Shown: positions 54,057 to 64,000 of the stretch, piece after piece
How the letters are laid out: each line of letters begins with the position of its first letter
How positions within the stretch are numbered: the stretch's first letter is position 1
Assembly: GCA_963746095.1 (NCBI GenBank)
Contig: CAVVAL010000006.1
Span: 45,158-109,157, forward strand
Source of the DNA: an uncultured Actinomycetota bacterium
GTDB taxonomy: Bacteria; Actinomycetota; Actinomycetes; Mycobacteriales; Cryptosporangiaceae
Length of the DNA stretch: 64,000 bases
Direction: 5' to 3'
The notes under the pieces: model-generated
The model's input: only the letters and a program-made list of their open reading frames with translations
Database searches by the model: none
What the model was told of the DNA's origin: nothing
Made by a program: the position numbers and the translations under genes

Positions 54057-54310
54057 TTTTTCGTCGACCCGAGGGCCGGGCCACGCGATGCCGGCGCGCC
54101 ACTGAAGCCGCATTTCGGACACCGCTCTGACCTGGGAAAACGTCGTCAGAGGTCCACAGAGGCCATAACTCGGCCCTGGCCATACTCCGGTATGGCTCCA
54201 AAATGGGCATGTTTCGCGGGCATCGCGGATCGCCCGCAAATCGGGTCATTTTCGCGCCGTCTTGCCACAGTGGACAGTTGTTTCGCCGCGATCGGGGCGC
54301 CCCGACCCCG

Positions 54311-54362
54311 CGGTTTGGGCGACATCTTCTCGGTCCTGGCCGGGACGATGTCGCCCAAAGCG
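54311..54362. repeat. Palindromic intergenic element copy 6
   Basis: cggTTTGGGCGACATCTTCTCGG-tcctgg-CCGGGACGATGTCGCCCAAAgcg, between convergent ddl (+) and the GNAT gene (-). Confidence 0.9.
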
Positions 54363-54500
54363 AATTCAGCGGCGGGCACCAATGGCGGCGCGACGGCCGC
54401 GGCGCGGGGGCGCGGCGCGGCACTGGCGGCGGCGGAACGGGTGCGCCGGCCGAGCAAGTTGCTGACACGGTTCGTTCCGGTGCCGCCGCTGCCCGAGCGC

Positions 54501-55257
54501 CTAGGCGGTGGCGTCGTCCGGGCCGAGGTCGAGCCAGAAGTGGACCTCGTCGCGATCGTCGCCGGGCCGGACCCGGATCGCGCCGGGGATGCGGCCGACT
54601 TCGCGGTAGCCGCAGCGAAGATAGAAGCTCCTCGGCACCGGTGCCGCCGCGGGTCATCAAGGTCAGCGCCTCGAGCCCGAGCTGATCCCGAGCGACCTTC
54701 GCCGCGTCGGCCATCAGCCGCCGGCCCAGGCCGCCGCCCTGCCAGTCCGGATCGACCTGGACGCGATACACGGTGCGCCAGTGCCGGCGCAGGTGGCTCT
54801 CGCTCTCGGCCAGCAGCAGCCAACCGATGACGCGGTAGTCCACCGCCTCGTCGGCGCTCGCGCTGGCCGCCGTACCGTTCACGGCTGCCAGGGCGGCACC
54901 GTCGCCCTCAGCGCCTCGCACGCCCCCCTCGGTCGCTGCTTCGCTCGCGGCATCGGCCGGCACGGCGAGGCAGACCAGGGTGTCCTCACGGGCCGCCACC
55001 CGGGCGAACGAACGCTCGGCGGTAGGCAGCACGTCCTCGGCGACGACCGGCGGCACGAAGCCCACCGCGCCGCCCGCGTTCGTGACCCGCACCCACATGT
55101 CCACCAGCTGTGCGCGGAGCGCGGGCGTGAGCGGCGGGTCGACCAGGACCACGGGCTCGCCCGAGCTGGCCCCGACCAACGCCGACACGTCCAGCTCCGA
55201 TTCGAGCGTGCGGGATCCGGCCGAAGCACCGTCCGGCCGCGCGGTGAGGTCGGTCAT
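54501..55257 (-). CDS. GNAT-family N-acetyltransferase; frameshift near 54630
   Basis: [59 protein letters not shown]; the C-terminus [18 protein letters not shown]...EVHFWLDL is in the +1 frame. Its ATG overlaps the parB TGA (ATGA). Confidence 0.6.
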
Positions 55258-56296
55258 CCCTTCTCCACCCGGACGTGCACGCCCATCGTCTCGGCGATCC
55301 GCTCCAGGTCGTCGACCGAGCCGAACTCGATCGTGATCCGCCCCTTGCGCCGGCCGAGGTCGACCTTGACCCGGGTCTCGAACTTGTCGGCGAGCCGGTC
55401 GGCCAGGTCCTCCAGGCCGGGGGAGCGGGGCTTGGCACGGCGCGCGGCCGGAGCCTTCTTCGCCGGCGACTCGGAGGCGGCCAGCGCGACGATCTCCTCG
55501 GTGGCGCGCACCGAGAGTCCCTCGGCGACGATCCGCTGCGCGAGCTCCTCCTGGGCCTCCTGGGTACCGAGCGCCAGTAGTGCACGGGCGTGACCGGCCG
55601 AGAGCACGCCAGCCGCGACCCGGCGCTGCACCACGGGCGGGAGGTTGAGCAGGCGGATCGTGTTCGAGATCTGCGGCCGGCTGCGGCCGATCCGCTGGGC
55701 CAGCTCCTCCTGCGTCACGCCGAACTCGGCCAGCAGCTGCTGGTACGCGGCGGCCTCTTCGAGCGGGTTGAGATTCGACCGGTGAATGTTCTCCAGCAGC
55801 GCGTCCCGGAGCATCACGTCGTCCGAGGTGTCCCGGACGATCGCGGGAATGGTCTCGCGGCCGATCGCCTTGGTCGCCCGCCAGCGCCGCTCGCCCATGA
55901 TCAGCTCGTAGTGGCCGGGGGAGATCTCCCGGACGACCACCGGCTGCAGGATGCCGACCTCGGTGATGGACGCCTTGAGCTCCTCCAGCGCCTCCTCTTC
56001 GAAGACGGTCCGCGGCTGCTTGGCGTTCGGGACGATCGAGTCGACCGGCAGCTCCAGGAACTTGGCGCCGGGAACGGGCTCCAGATCAGGCCCACCGCGC
56101 CTCGTGACCGCCGGACCGACCGTGACGAGGACTCCTGCGGCGGTGCGCCGCGAGCCGATCGGCGGGGGAGCCCTGCATCGCGGCCACCGGCGGGCGACGT
56201 GATCGTCATGCCGCCCGTGCCCGTCTCCGTGGGTACCGGGCCGGTCGGGATCAGCGCCCCGAGTCCACGACCGAGTCCACCGCGACGGTTGCTCAT
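55254..56296 (-). CDS. parB: Chromosome partitioning protein ParB; frameshift near 56100
   Basis: N-terminus [17 protein letters not shown] (ATG 56296) is in ORF 55901..56635. Body [45 protein letters not shown]...GERRWRA, with HTH and a C-terminal dimerisation domain. Confidence 0.9.
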
Positions 56297-57301
56297 GATG
56301 TTGCCCCCAAGGTTGCGCCTGCGCCCCGTGCCGCGATCTCGCGGGCGGCCGCCAGATAGCTGGTCGCACCCCGCGATCCCGGGTCGTACGTGATGACCGA
56401 CTGACCATATCCCGGCGCTTCGGAGACCCGGACACTCCGCGGGATGACCGCGTCGAGCACCTGATCCGGGAAGTGGCCGCGCACCTCGGCGGCGACCTGG
56501 TCGGCGAGCTTGGTCCGCCCGTCGTACATCGTCAGCAGGATCGTGGAGACCCGGACGTCGTTGTTGAGGTGCGCCCGCACGAGGTCCACGTTGCGGAGAA
56601 GCTGACCCAGCCCCTCCAGCGCGTAGTACTCGCACTGGATCGGGATCAGCACCTCGCGGGCGGCGACGAGCGCGTTGACCGTGAGCAGTCCCAGCGACGG
56701 CGGGCAGTCCACGAAGACGTAGTCGATCTGCTCCGGGTAGGAGTCGATCGCGCGCCGGAGCCGGGACTCTCGAGCCACCACGGAGACGAGTTCGATCTCC
56801 GCGCCGGCGAGGTCGATCGTGGCCGGCACACAGAAGAGGTTGGGGACGCCCTCGACCTGGACGGCCGCCTCGGCGATGTCCATCCCCTCGACGAGGACCT
56901 CGTACGCGCTCGGTACGCCGGCGTGGTGCGGCACGCTCAGACCGGTCGACGCGTTCCCCTGCGGGTCGAGGTCGACCACCAGGACCCGACTCCCGTGCAG
57001 CGCGAGCGCGACCGCCAGGTTCACCGTCGTGGTGGTCTTGCCGACGCCACCCTTCTGGTTGGCGACGCCGAGCACCCGTCGATGCGGCGGACGGGGGAGG
57101 CTGGTGCCGGACGGATTCAGGACCGCGACCGCCCGCTTCGCCTCTGCGGCGATGAGCAGGTCGTCGTCCGTTTCACGTGAAACATGGTCGACCTGGCTCG
57201 CCATCGCTCCGGTCAATGGATCCGTTTCACGTGAAACATCGGCGGCCGGGGCGCCCCGGTAGGTGCTCGGTGTTTCACGTGAAACGGTCGCGTTATCGAG
57301 C
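56293..57301 (-). CDS. parA: Chromosome partitioning ATPase ParA (Soj); N-terminal extension contains three parS sites; start uncertain
   Basis: Deviant Walker [26 protein letters not shown]; ...DLDPQGNAS...; ATGA overlap with parB. Candidate starts at 57301 ([11 protein letters not shown]) or 57204 ([12 protein letters not shown]). Confidence 0.85.
57169..57184. promoter_or_regulatory. parS site 1 (cGTTTCACGTGAAACa)
   Basis: Perfect 14-bp palindrome GTTTCACGTGAAAC matching the canonical parS core; translated as VSRET within the parA 5' region. Confidence 0.9.
57223..57238. promoter_or_regulatory. parS site 2 (cGTTTCACGTGAAACa)
   Basis: Identical 16-mer, 54 bp from site 1. Confidence 0.9.
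57271..57286. promoter_or_regulatory. parS site 3 (tGTTTCACGTGAAACg)
   Basis: Same 14-bp core, 48 bp from site 2. Confidence 0.9.
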
Positions 57302-58402
57302 ATCTCGCGGATGCGGCGGTGACTCTCATCCGCAGCCCCCTCGGTGTTGGTGGGGGGGTGCGCGGCGTCGCTCACGTCGATCTCCTCGACCTGGTCGGTA
57401 TTCGGCTGGACGCGCGCTTCGACGCGCTTCACCTCGGCCCGGTGGGTGGATGTCCGATCGAGCGCAGCGGGTCCGGAAACAAGCCCTCCGGCGGCGATTC
57501 GATCGGTGTCCCCCGACCGTACCGGTACAGCACCCGCCGGCCCAGCCGTGCGGGCAACAACGTCGGTTAGTTGTGCGGTGTCCATCGTCACGTCATCAGA
57601 TTGAGACCGCTCGGGGGCCGGCCAGCCGAGCTCACTCGCCCGCCGGGAGAGTGGCCGGCCGGCTACCAGTGCACCGGCACCGGCCCAAGGGCGGTTCCGC
57701 CAGGGCGCCAAGCGGACGGCGGCACGTCAGCGGAGCGAGTCCCGCGGACCCGCGCGCCGCCGATCCGGGCACCACCCACGAGAGCTCCGCCGACCCGTCC
57801 GCCGGCCAGCCGAGGACTCGCGTCCGGCCCCAGGTTCATCGCGCGGAGTGCCGCTCCCGCACGAGCCAGTCCCGGCGCCAGTTCCGGGCGGTGGGGGAGT
57901 CCAGCCTGACCGAGCCGTCAGCCAGTCGCCATCGCCCACCGAGCCAACTCGGCGGCCACGCCAACGAGCTGCGTCGCCGAGGCCGCACCAGCCTCCACTC
58001 CGCGGACGCCGGCGCTCCGACGCTGACTCAGCCGACCCGGCCGAGTCAGCGCTTCAGTGTGCGCAGCCGACCCATCGCACTCCGCCGCCGCAGGAGCTCC
58101 CGGCACACCAGCTCCGCCGCGCCGGAGCAGCCGGCACCGCCGGCGCACTCACCCCCGGGCGGCCCGCCCCAGCACCCGTCCCGGGCCGCCAGCCGCCGCA
58201 CGACCCGCCATCGCTCGACCCGCCGCCGGCGCATCCGGCTCAGCCGCCGCCGTGGCATCCAGTCCCGCCACGGCGGACCGATCAGCCGGCCCCTCGATCA
58301 GCGTCCCCGAACCCAACCGGTTCGGCGCCATCCCGGTCCGGGTGCAGCCGCCCCTCGGCCACCCCAACGGACTCGGGCGCCGCACCGGCGACGCTGTCCT
58401 CT

Positions 58403-59122
<720 letters not shown>

Positions 59123-59640
59123 TCACTCGGCCGGCAGGACGACGACGAAACGGTCGGGCTCGTCGCCCTCGGACTCGCTGCGCACCCCGTCGATCGCGGC
59201 GATCGCGTCGTGCACGACCTTCCGCTCGAACGGGTTCATCGGGTCCAGCGCGACCGAGTCACCGATCGACTTGACCTGCTCGGCCGCGTTCTTCGCCACG
59301 GCCACCAGCTCGGCGCGGCGCTGGGCGCGGTAGCCGCCGACGTCCAGCATCAGCCGGCTGCGGACGCCGGTCTGCTGCACCACGGCGAGGCGGGTCAGCT
59401 CCTGCAGCGCGTCGAGGGTGGCGCCGTTCGGGCCGACCAGCGGGGTCAGGCCCTTGCCGACGACGGCGACGATCGCGCGGTCGCCCTCGACGTCGAGGTC
59501 GATGTCACCGTCGTAGTCGACGATGTCGAGCAGCCGCTCGATGTAGTCACCGGCGATGTCGCCCTCGCGCACGAGGAGGTCGGTGCCCGGCTTGGCCGGC
59601 TCCTCGGTCAGCTCGTCGGTGGTGGTGGTCGTCTCGCTCA
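59123..59640 (-). CDS. jag: Jag/R3H (KH + R3H) RNA-binding protein
   Basis: MSETTTTTDELTEEPAKPG...IVAVVGKGLTPLVGPNGATLDALQELTRLAV...NPFERKVVHDAIAAIDGVRSESEGDEPDRFVVVLP (R3H motif). Confidence 0.8.
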
Positions 59641-59748
59641 TTCTGGTCACTCCGTATATCGAGGCTGTGCGCGGCGCCGTGGTCCGAGGCGTCCCGCCCA
59701 GCCGGGGGAGAGGTCGAGAGGTGTCACCAGCGCCGCCGGTGGACACCG

Positions 59749-60863
59749 CTAGCGCCGGCCGCCCTTGCGCTTGCGGTTGCGGGCGTCCTGCGGGCGGCGG
59801 GCGCCGGACTGGTTGGGGGTCGAGCCGGTCGGCTCCGAGGCGCGGCCGTTCACCGCGGCGCCGGCATCGTCCACGTTGGACTCTCGCGGTCGGCTTGGCG
59901 GTGTCGTCGGCCGCGGCGGCGGCGTCGGCGGCCAGTGACTCGGCCGACTCGACGACCGTGGCCTTCGGCTTGGCGCCCTTCTTGGGGTTGACCGGCTTCA
60001 CGCCCGGCTTCGGCGCGAGCGCCTTGGCGGTCTCCGCGGAGACCTCCTTCGCCTTGGCGTTCATGTTCGGCGGCGGCATCTTCTTCAGGACCCAGAACTG
60101 CTGGCCCATCGAGAACAGGTTCGTGGTCACCCAGTAGATGACGACACCGATCGGGAAGAGCGCGCCGGAGACCAGCAGCGAGGCCGGGATGCCGTAGAGC
60201 ATGAACTTCTGGATCATCGCCTGCGTCGGGTCGCTGTTCTTCCCGGTCCGCGCGATCATCTGCTTCTGCGTCAGGTAGGTCGTCGCGACCATGATCAGCA
60301 CCAGGACGCCAGCCACGATCTGAACGTTCAGCCGGTCGGCCTCGAGCGCTTCCAGCTTCGCCGAGGGCGAGTTGAACGCGCCGGCGAGCGGGGCGCCGAA
60401 CAGCTTGGCCGCGGCGGCGGACGTGAACTCGCTCCCGGACCAGAAGTACTCGTTGATCATCGCGACCTTGTACGGCGTCCTTGGTCGGGTCGATCAGCTT
60501 GAGCACGTGGAACAGGCCGAGGAAGACCGGGATCTGCAGGAACATCGGCAGGCAGCCCATCAGCGGGTTGGCCTTCTCCCGCCGGTAGAGCTCCATCACC
60601 TCTTTCTGCAGGGTCTCCTTGTCGTTCTTGTACTTGTCCTGGAGCGCCTTCACCTGCGGCTGCAGGGTCTGCATGGCGCGTTGGGACTTGATCTGCTTCA
60701 CGAACACCGGGAACAGGATGATCCGCACGGTGATGACGAGGAAGACGATCGCGAGCACCCAGGCGAAGTACGACCCCGGGCCGAACAGCGCCGACCACAG
60801 GTCGTGCCATCTCAGCAGGACCCACGAGATCGCGATGTAGACCCAGTTCAGATTCCAGTCCAC
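59749..60863 (-). CDS. yidC: Membrane protein insertase YidC; two frameshifts (~60480, ~59890)
   Basis: [28 protein letters not shown]...[71 protein letters not shown]. Middle part in ORF 59123..60460 (…[43 protein letters not shown]…). Basic tail [10 protein letters not shown]. Confidence 0.85.
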
Positions 60864-61174
60864 CGAGAGGCTCCAGACAGAAGGCGATTCGAACGGTCAC
60901 GACGGGACGACTCGGCCGGGGGTGGCACCGGGTCGTACCCCCCAGGGTGGAACGGCTGGCACCGCAAGATGCGCCAGACCGAGAGCGCTAGCCCCCGGAC
61001 CGCACCATGTACCTGCAGAGCTTCCAGCGTGTACGCGCTGCAACTCGGATGGAACCGGCAGCGCGGTGGGATTACGGGGCTCAGCCATCGACGGTACGCC
61101 ACCACGGGGGCACTGAGCGCCGCGACCAGCCAGCGGGAGGCAGCGCGTCGGGGCAGCCGGGGACCAGCCATCAC
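60848..61174 (-). CDS. yidD: Membrane protein insertion efficiency factor YidD
   Basis: [31 protein letters not shown] (CxFxPSCSxY hallmark). Confidence 0.85.
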   Translation of the reverse strand: MMAGPRLPRRAASRWLVAALSAPVVAYRRWLSPVIPPRCRFHPSCSAYTLEALQVHGAVRGLALSVWRILRCQPFHPGGYDPVPPPAESSRRDRSNRLLSGASRWTGI

Positions 61175-61539
61175 GGGGCGGTGACGCCGGCGCGCGACAG
61201 CAGCCGGCGCAGCGCGTCGTCGAGGTCTCGGCCGAGCACCTCTGAAGAACGGACGGCGGCCGACGGGAGTGCCCGCACCACCAGGCGGCTCCCGGCGGGC
61301 AGCTCGCCCAGCCGGTCGCGCACCAGGTGCCGCAGCCGCCGGGCCACCAGGTTGCGGATCACCGAGTTGCCGACGGCTCGGGACACGACGAAGCCGGCCC
61401 TGGTCGGGCCGGCTTCGGGCTGCGCCGTGCTGCGCATGTCCAGATGCACCACAAGACCGCCGCGGCCGGCTCTGTGCCCGCCCCGGACGGTCTGGGTGAA
61501 TTCGTCGCGGCGACGCAGCCGCGCGTTCGCTGGCAGCAC
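61171..61539 (-). CDS. rnpA: Ribonuclease P protein component
   Basis: [21 protein letters not shown]...[29 protein letters not shown]; GTG start at 61539 assumed. Confidence 0.85.
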   Translation of the reverse strand: MLPANARLRRRDEFTQTVRGGHRAGRGGLVVHLDMRSTAQPEAGPTRAGFVVSRAVGNSVIRNLVARRLRHLVRDRLGELPAGSRLVVRALPSAAVRSSEVLGRDLDDALRRLLSRAGVTAP

Positions 61540-61556
61540 GCCGTCGCCTACAAGAT

Positions 61557-61693
61557 CAGGCGGAGAGGGTCTTGCGGCCCTTGAGGCGACGCGCCGCAAG
61601 GATCGCGCGGCCGGCGCGGGTACGCATGCGCAGCCGGAAGCCGTGCGTCTTAGCGCGGCGGCGGTTGTTCGGCTGGAAGGTGCGCTTGCTCAC
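61557..61693 (-). CDS. rpmH: 50S ribosomal protein L34
   Basis: Reverse complement reads [45 protein letters not shown]-stop; not listed in the ORF track because it is under 60 aa. Confidence 0.95.
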
Positions 61694-61920
61694 GTCAACG
61701 TCTCCGATACGGCTATGGTGCTGCGGGCAGGGCCACCGAACGGTTTCAGCCGATTCGGACGGCCATCCCGCCGCTCAGAACTGGGCGCGCGTAACCACCG
61801 GAACGAGCCCGGTCGCGGCCATAGGCCGTATCAGCGTACGGCCCGCCCCACCAGAGGGTCAAACACGGCCCCATCGACACGCCGCTCCCCGCTCCGGAGC
61901 CGCCCGCGGACCCGGTCGCA

Positions 61921-62150
61921 GCCTGTGGACAACTTCTTGTTCGGCCGACATCGACGCTGTTAGCGTCCCCGTTCTCCGGTCTTTGTCCGCGGCAGTGTCG
62001 CAGGCATCCGACCCTCGCCGTGGTCCGTAGGCTGGGCCCGTGGATCGACCGTCCGGAGGCACACCGAAGCTGGGGGGAACGGCGACGGCGGTGGGCCCCG
62101 GGAAGTGAGCCCGCTGCATACACAGGGTGTGGAAAGCCGTGTGGACAGTG
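61921..62150. promoter_or_regulatory. dnaA upstream region with DnaA-box-like motifs
   Basis: TGTGGACAA at 61924-61932, TTTGTCCGC at 61982-61990, TGTGGAAAG at 62127-62137, TGTGGACAG at 62140-62148. These compare with the high-GC actinobacterial DnaA box TTGTCCACA. Confidence 0.6.
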
Positions 62151-62201
62151 AGATCGGGTGTCGGTTTCGGCGCCTGAGCAGCGAAGCAGGAGGGGACGAA
62201 G

Positions 62202-63960
62202 GTGGCCGAGGATAACGTCGACCTCGACGTGATCTGGGCGGCGGCGACCGAGAGTCTCGCCGACGACGCGCTCAGCCCGCAGCAACGAGCGTGGATGCGG
62301 TTGACCCGCCCCCTCGCGCTGGTCGAGGACACCGCGCTACTCGCGGCTCCGAACCAGTTCGCCAAGGACGCCTTCGAGAGCCGGCTCCGCCCGGTCATCA
62401 CCGAGGCGATCGCCCGCCAGCTGGGCCGGCCGGTGACCGTCGCGGTCACGGTCCGCCCGAGCGACGAGCGAGCGGCCAGCGAGGATCGGCAGCAGCCGCG
62501 CCAGCCGGAGGAGCAGCAGCCCGGCCCGGCGCACCAGTACGGCGCAGCCCGACCAGCGCCCCGGCTACGACCAGGACTACAGCGCCCCCCGGCCGGAGCC
62601 GCACGACCCGTACCGCCACGCGATGCCGTCGGGCACCGCCATCGACCCGTACCAGAGCACCCCCCGGCCGGGCCCCAGCGAGCAGCAGCGCGGCGGCCAG
62701 CCCGGCGGCGAGCGCGGCGACCAGCGCCGGCCCGCCGAGCCGGAGCCCTACGGCGGCGGCCCGGCGTTCGGTGACCGCAGCGGCTTCCGCCCCGGCCGCT
62801 ACAGCGAGGAGCTGGCCGGTGACCGGCACGCGCCGCCGGCCGACCAGCCGCCGCTCGGCCGCGTGGTCGAGCTGCCCACCCGCGGCACCGGCCGGGACGA
62901 CCACCGGCACCGGCCGCAGGCCGAGCCCGCCCGGCTGAACCCGAAGTACACGTTCGAGACGTTCGTCATCGGCTCGTCCAACCGGTTCGCCCACGCGGCC
63001 GCGGTGGCGGTGGCCGAGGCGCCGGCGAAGGCCTACAACCCGCTGTTCGTCTACGGCGGCTCCGGGCTGGGCAAGACCCACCTCCTGCACGCGATCGGGC
63101 ACTACGCCCAGAGCATCGGCACGGCGCGCACGGTGCGGTACGTCTCGACGGAGGAGTTCACCAACGACTTCATCAACTCGCTCCGGGACGACAAGACCCA
63201 GGCGTTCCAGCGCCGCTACCGGGACGTCGACATCCTGCTCGTCGACGACATCCAGTTCTTGGAGAACCGGGAGCGGACGCAGGAGGAGTTCTTCCACACG
63301 TTCAACACCCTGCACAACGCGAACAAGCAGATCGTCATCTCCTCCGACCGCTCGCCCAAGCAGCTGTCGACGCTGGAGGACCGGATGCGGACCCGGTTCG
63401 AGTGGGGCCTGCTCACCGACATCCAGCCGCCCGACCTGGAGACCCGGATCGCGATCCTGCGGAAGAAGGCCGCCCAGGAGCGGCTCGCCGCGCCGCCGGA
63501 GGTGCTGGAGTTCATCGCCAGCAAGATCTCCAGCAACATCCGCGAGCTCGAGGGCGCGCTGATCCGGGTGACCGCGTTCGCGAGCCTCAACCGGCAGCCG
63601 GTGGACATGGGGCTGGCCGAGGTGGTCCTCAAGGACCTCATCCCGGAGGGCGGCGGCCCGGAGATCACCGCGGCGACGATCATGGCCGCCACGGCCGAGT
63701 ACTTCAGCCTCACGATGGACGACCTGTGCGGCTCGTCGCGCTCCCGGGTGCTGGTGAACGCCCGCCAGGTCGCCATGTACCTCTGCCGCGAGCTGACGGA
63801 CCTCTCGTTGCCGAAGATCGGCCAGACGTTCGGCGGCCGGGACCACACCACGGTCATGCACGCCGACCGCAAGATCCGATCGCAGATGGCGGAGCGGCGT
63901 TCGCTCTACAACCAGATCGCCGAGCTGACCAACCGCATCAAGCAGCGGGCCCAGCAGTGA
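62202..63960 (+). CDS. dnaA: Chromosomal replication initiator DnaA; frameshift in the linker near 62550
   Basis: N-terminal domain [22 protein letters not shown]...; after the shift, [28 protein letters not shown], Walker [16 protein letters not shown], Walker [11 protein letters not shown], and the C-terminal DNA-binding helix ...[30 protein letters not shown]. Confidence 0.95.
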
Positions 63961-64000
63961 GCTCCGCCATTCGTAGCTATCGGACATCGATATCGGCTGC

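Overview
High-GC (~72%) actinobacterial chromosomal segment covering the conserved origin-proximal region. Gene order, strands and products closely parallel Mycobacterium tuberculosis Rv0046c-Rv0058 and Rv3907c-Rv0001. Calls are made from the ORF translations by recognised family hallmarks, not by search. From the start of the window: a DasR-like GntR regulator with a complete split PTS (separate EIIC, EIIB, EIIA-Glc, HPr, EI); dnaB carrying a LAGLIDADG intein; rplI-rpsR-ssb-rpsF; nfo; membrane glycosyltransferases; class A PBP; DUF5318; PadR; ino1; S15 peptidase; NfeD-flotillin; pentapeptide-repeat protein; MFS; cca; mutT-like NUDIX; murJ; DUF853 ATPase; candidate c-di-AMP riboswitch with NlpC/P60; MurJ-type pseudokinase; ECF sigma/anti-sigma; trxB-trxA-cwlM; ddl; parB-parA (three parS inside parA); rsmG-jag-yidC-yidD-rnpA-rpmH; dnaA at the window end. 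No rRNA, tRNA, CRISPR array or transposase was recognised. Three things stand out. (1) A family of six near-identical ~50-bp perfect palindromes (TTTGGGCGACATCTTC..GAAGATGTCGCCCAAA), every copy sitting exactly between convergently transcribed genes. (2) An ~11-bp-phased array of CTGTG(G/C)A motifs between rplI and dnaB that shares a 15-mer with DnaA-box-like sequences upstream of dnaA. (3) More than 25 apparent frameshifts in otherwise intact, mostly essential genes, including a stop inside the dnaB intein; this points to indel errors in the assembly rather than real pseudogenes. CDS coordinates for frameshifted genes are the reconstructed spans.
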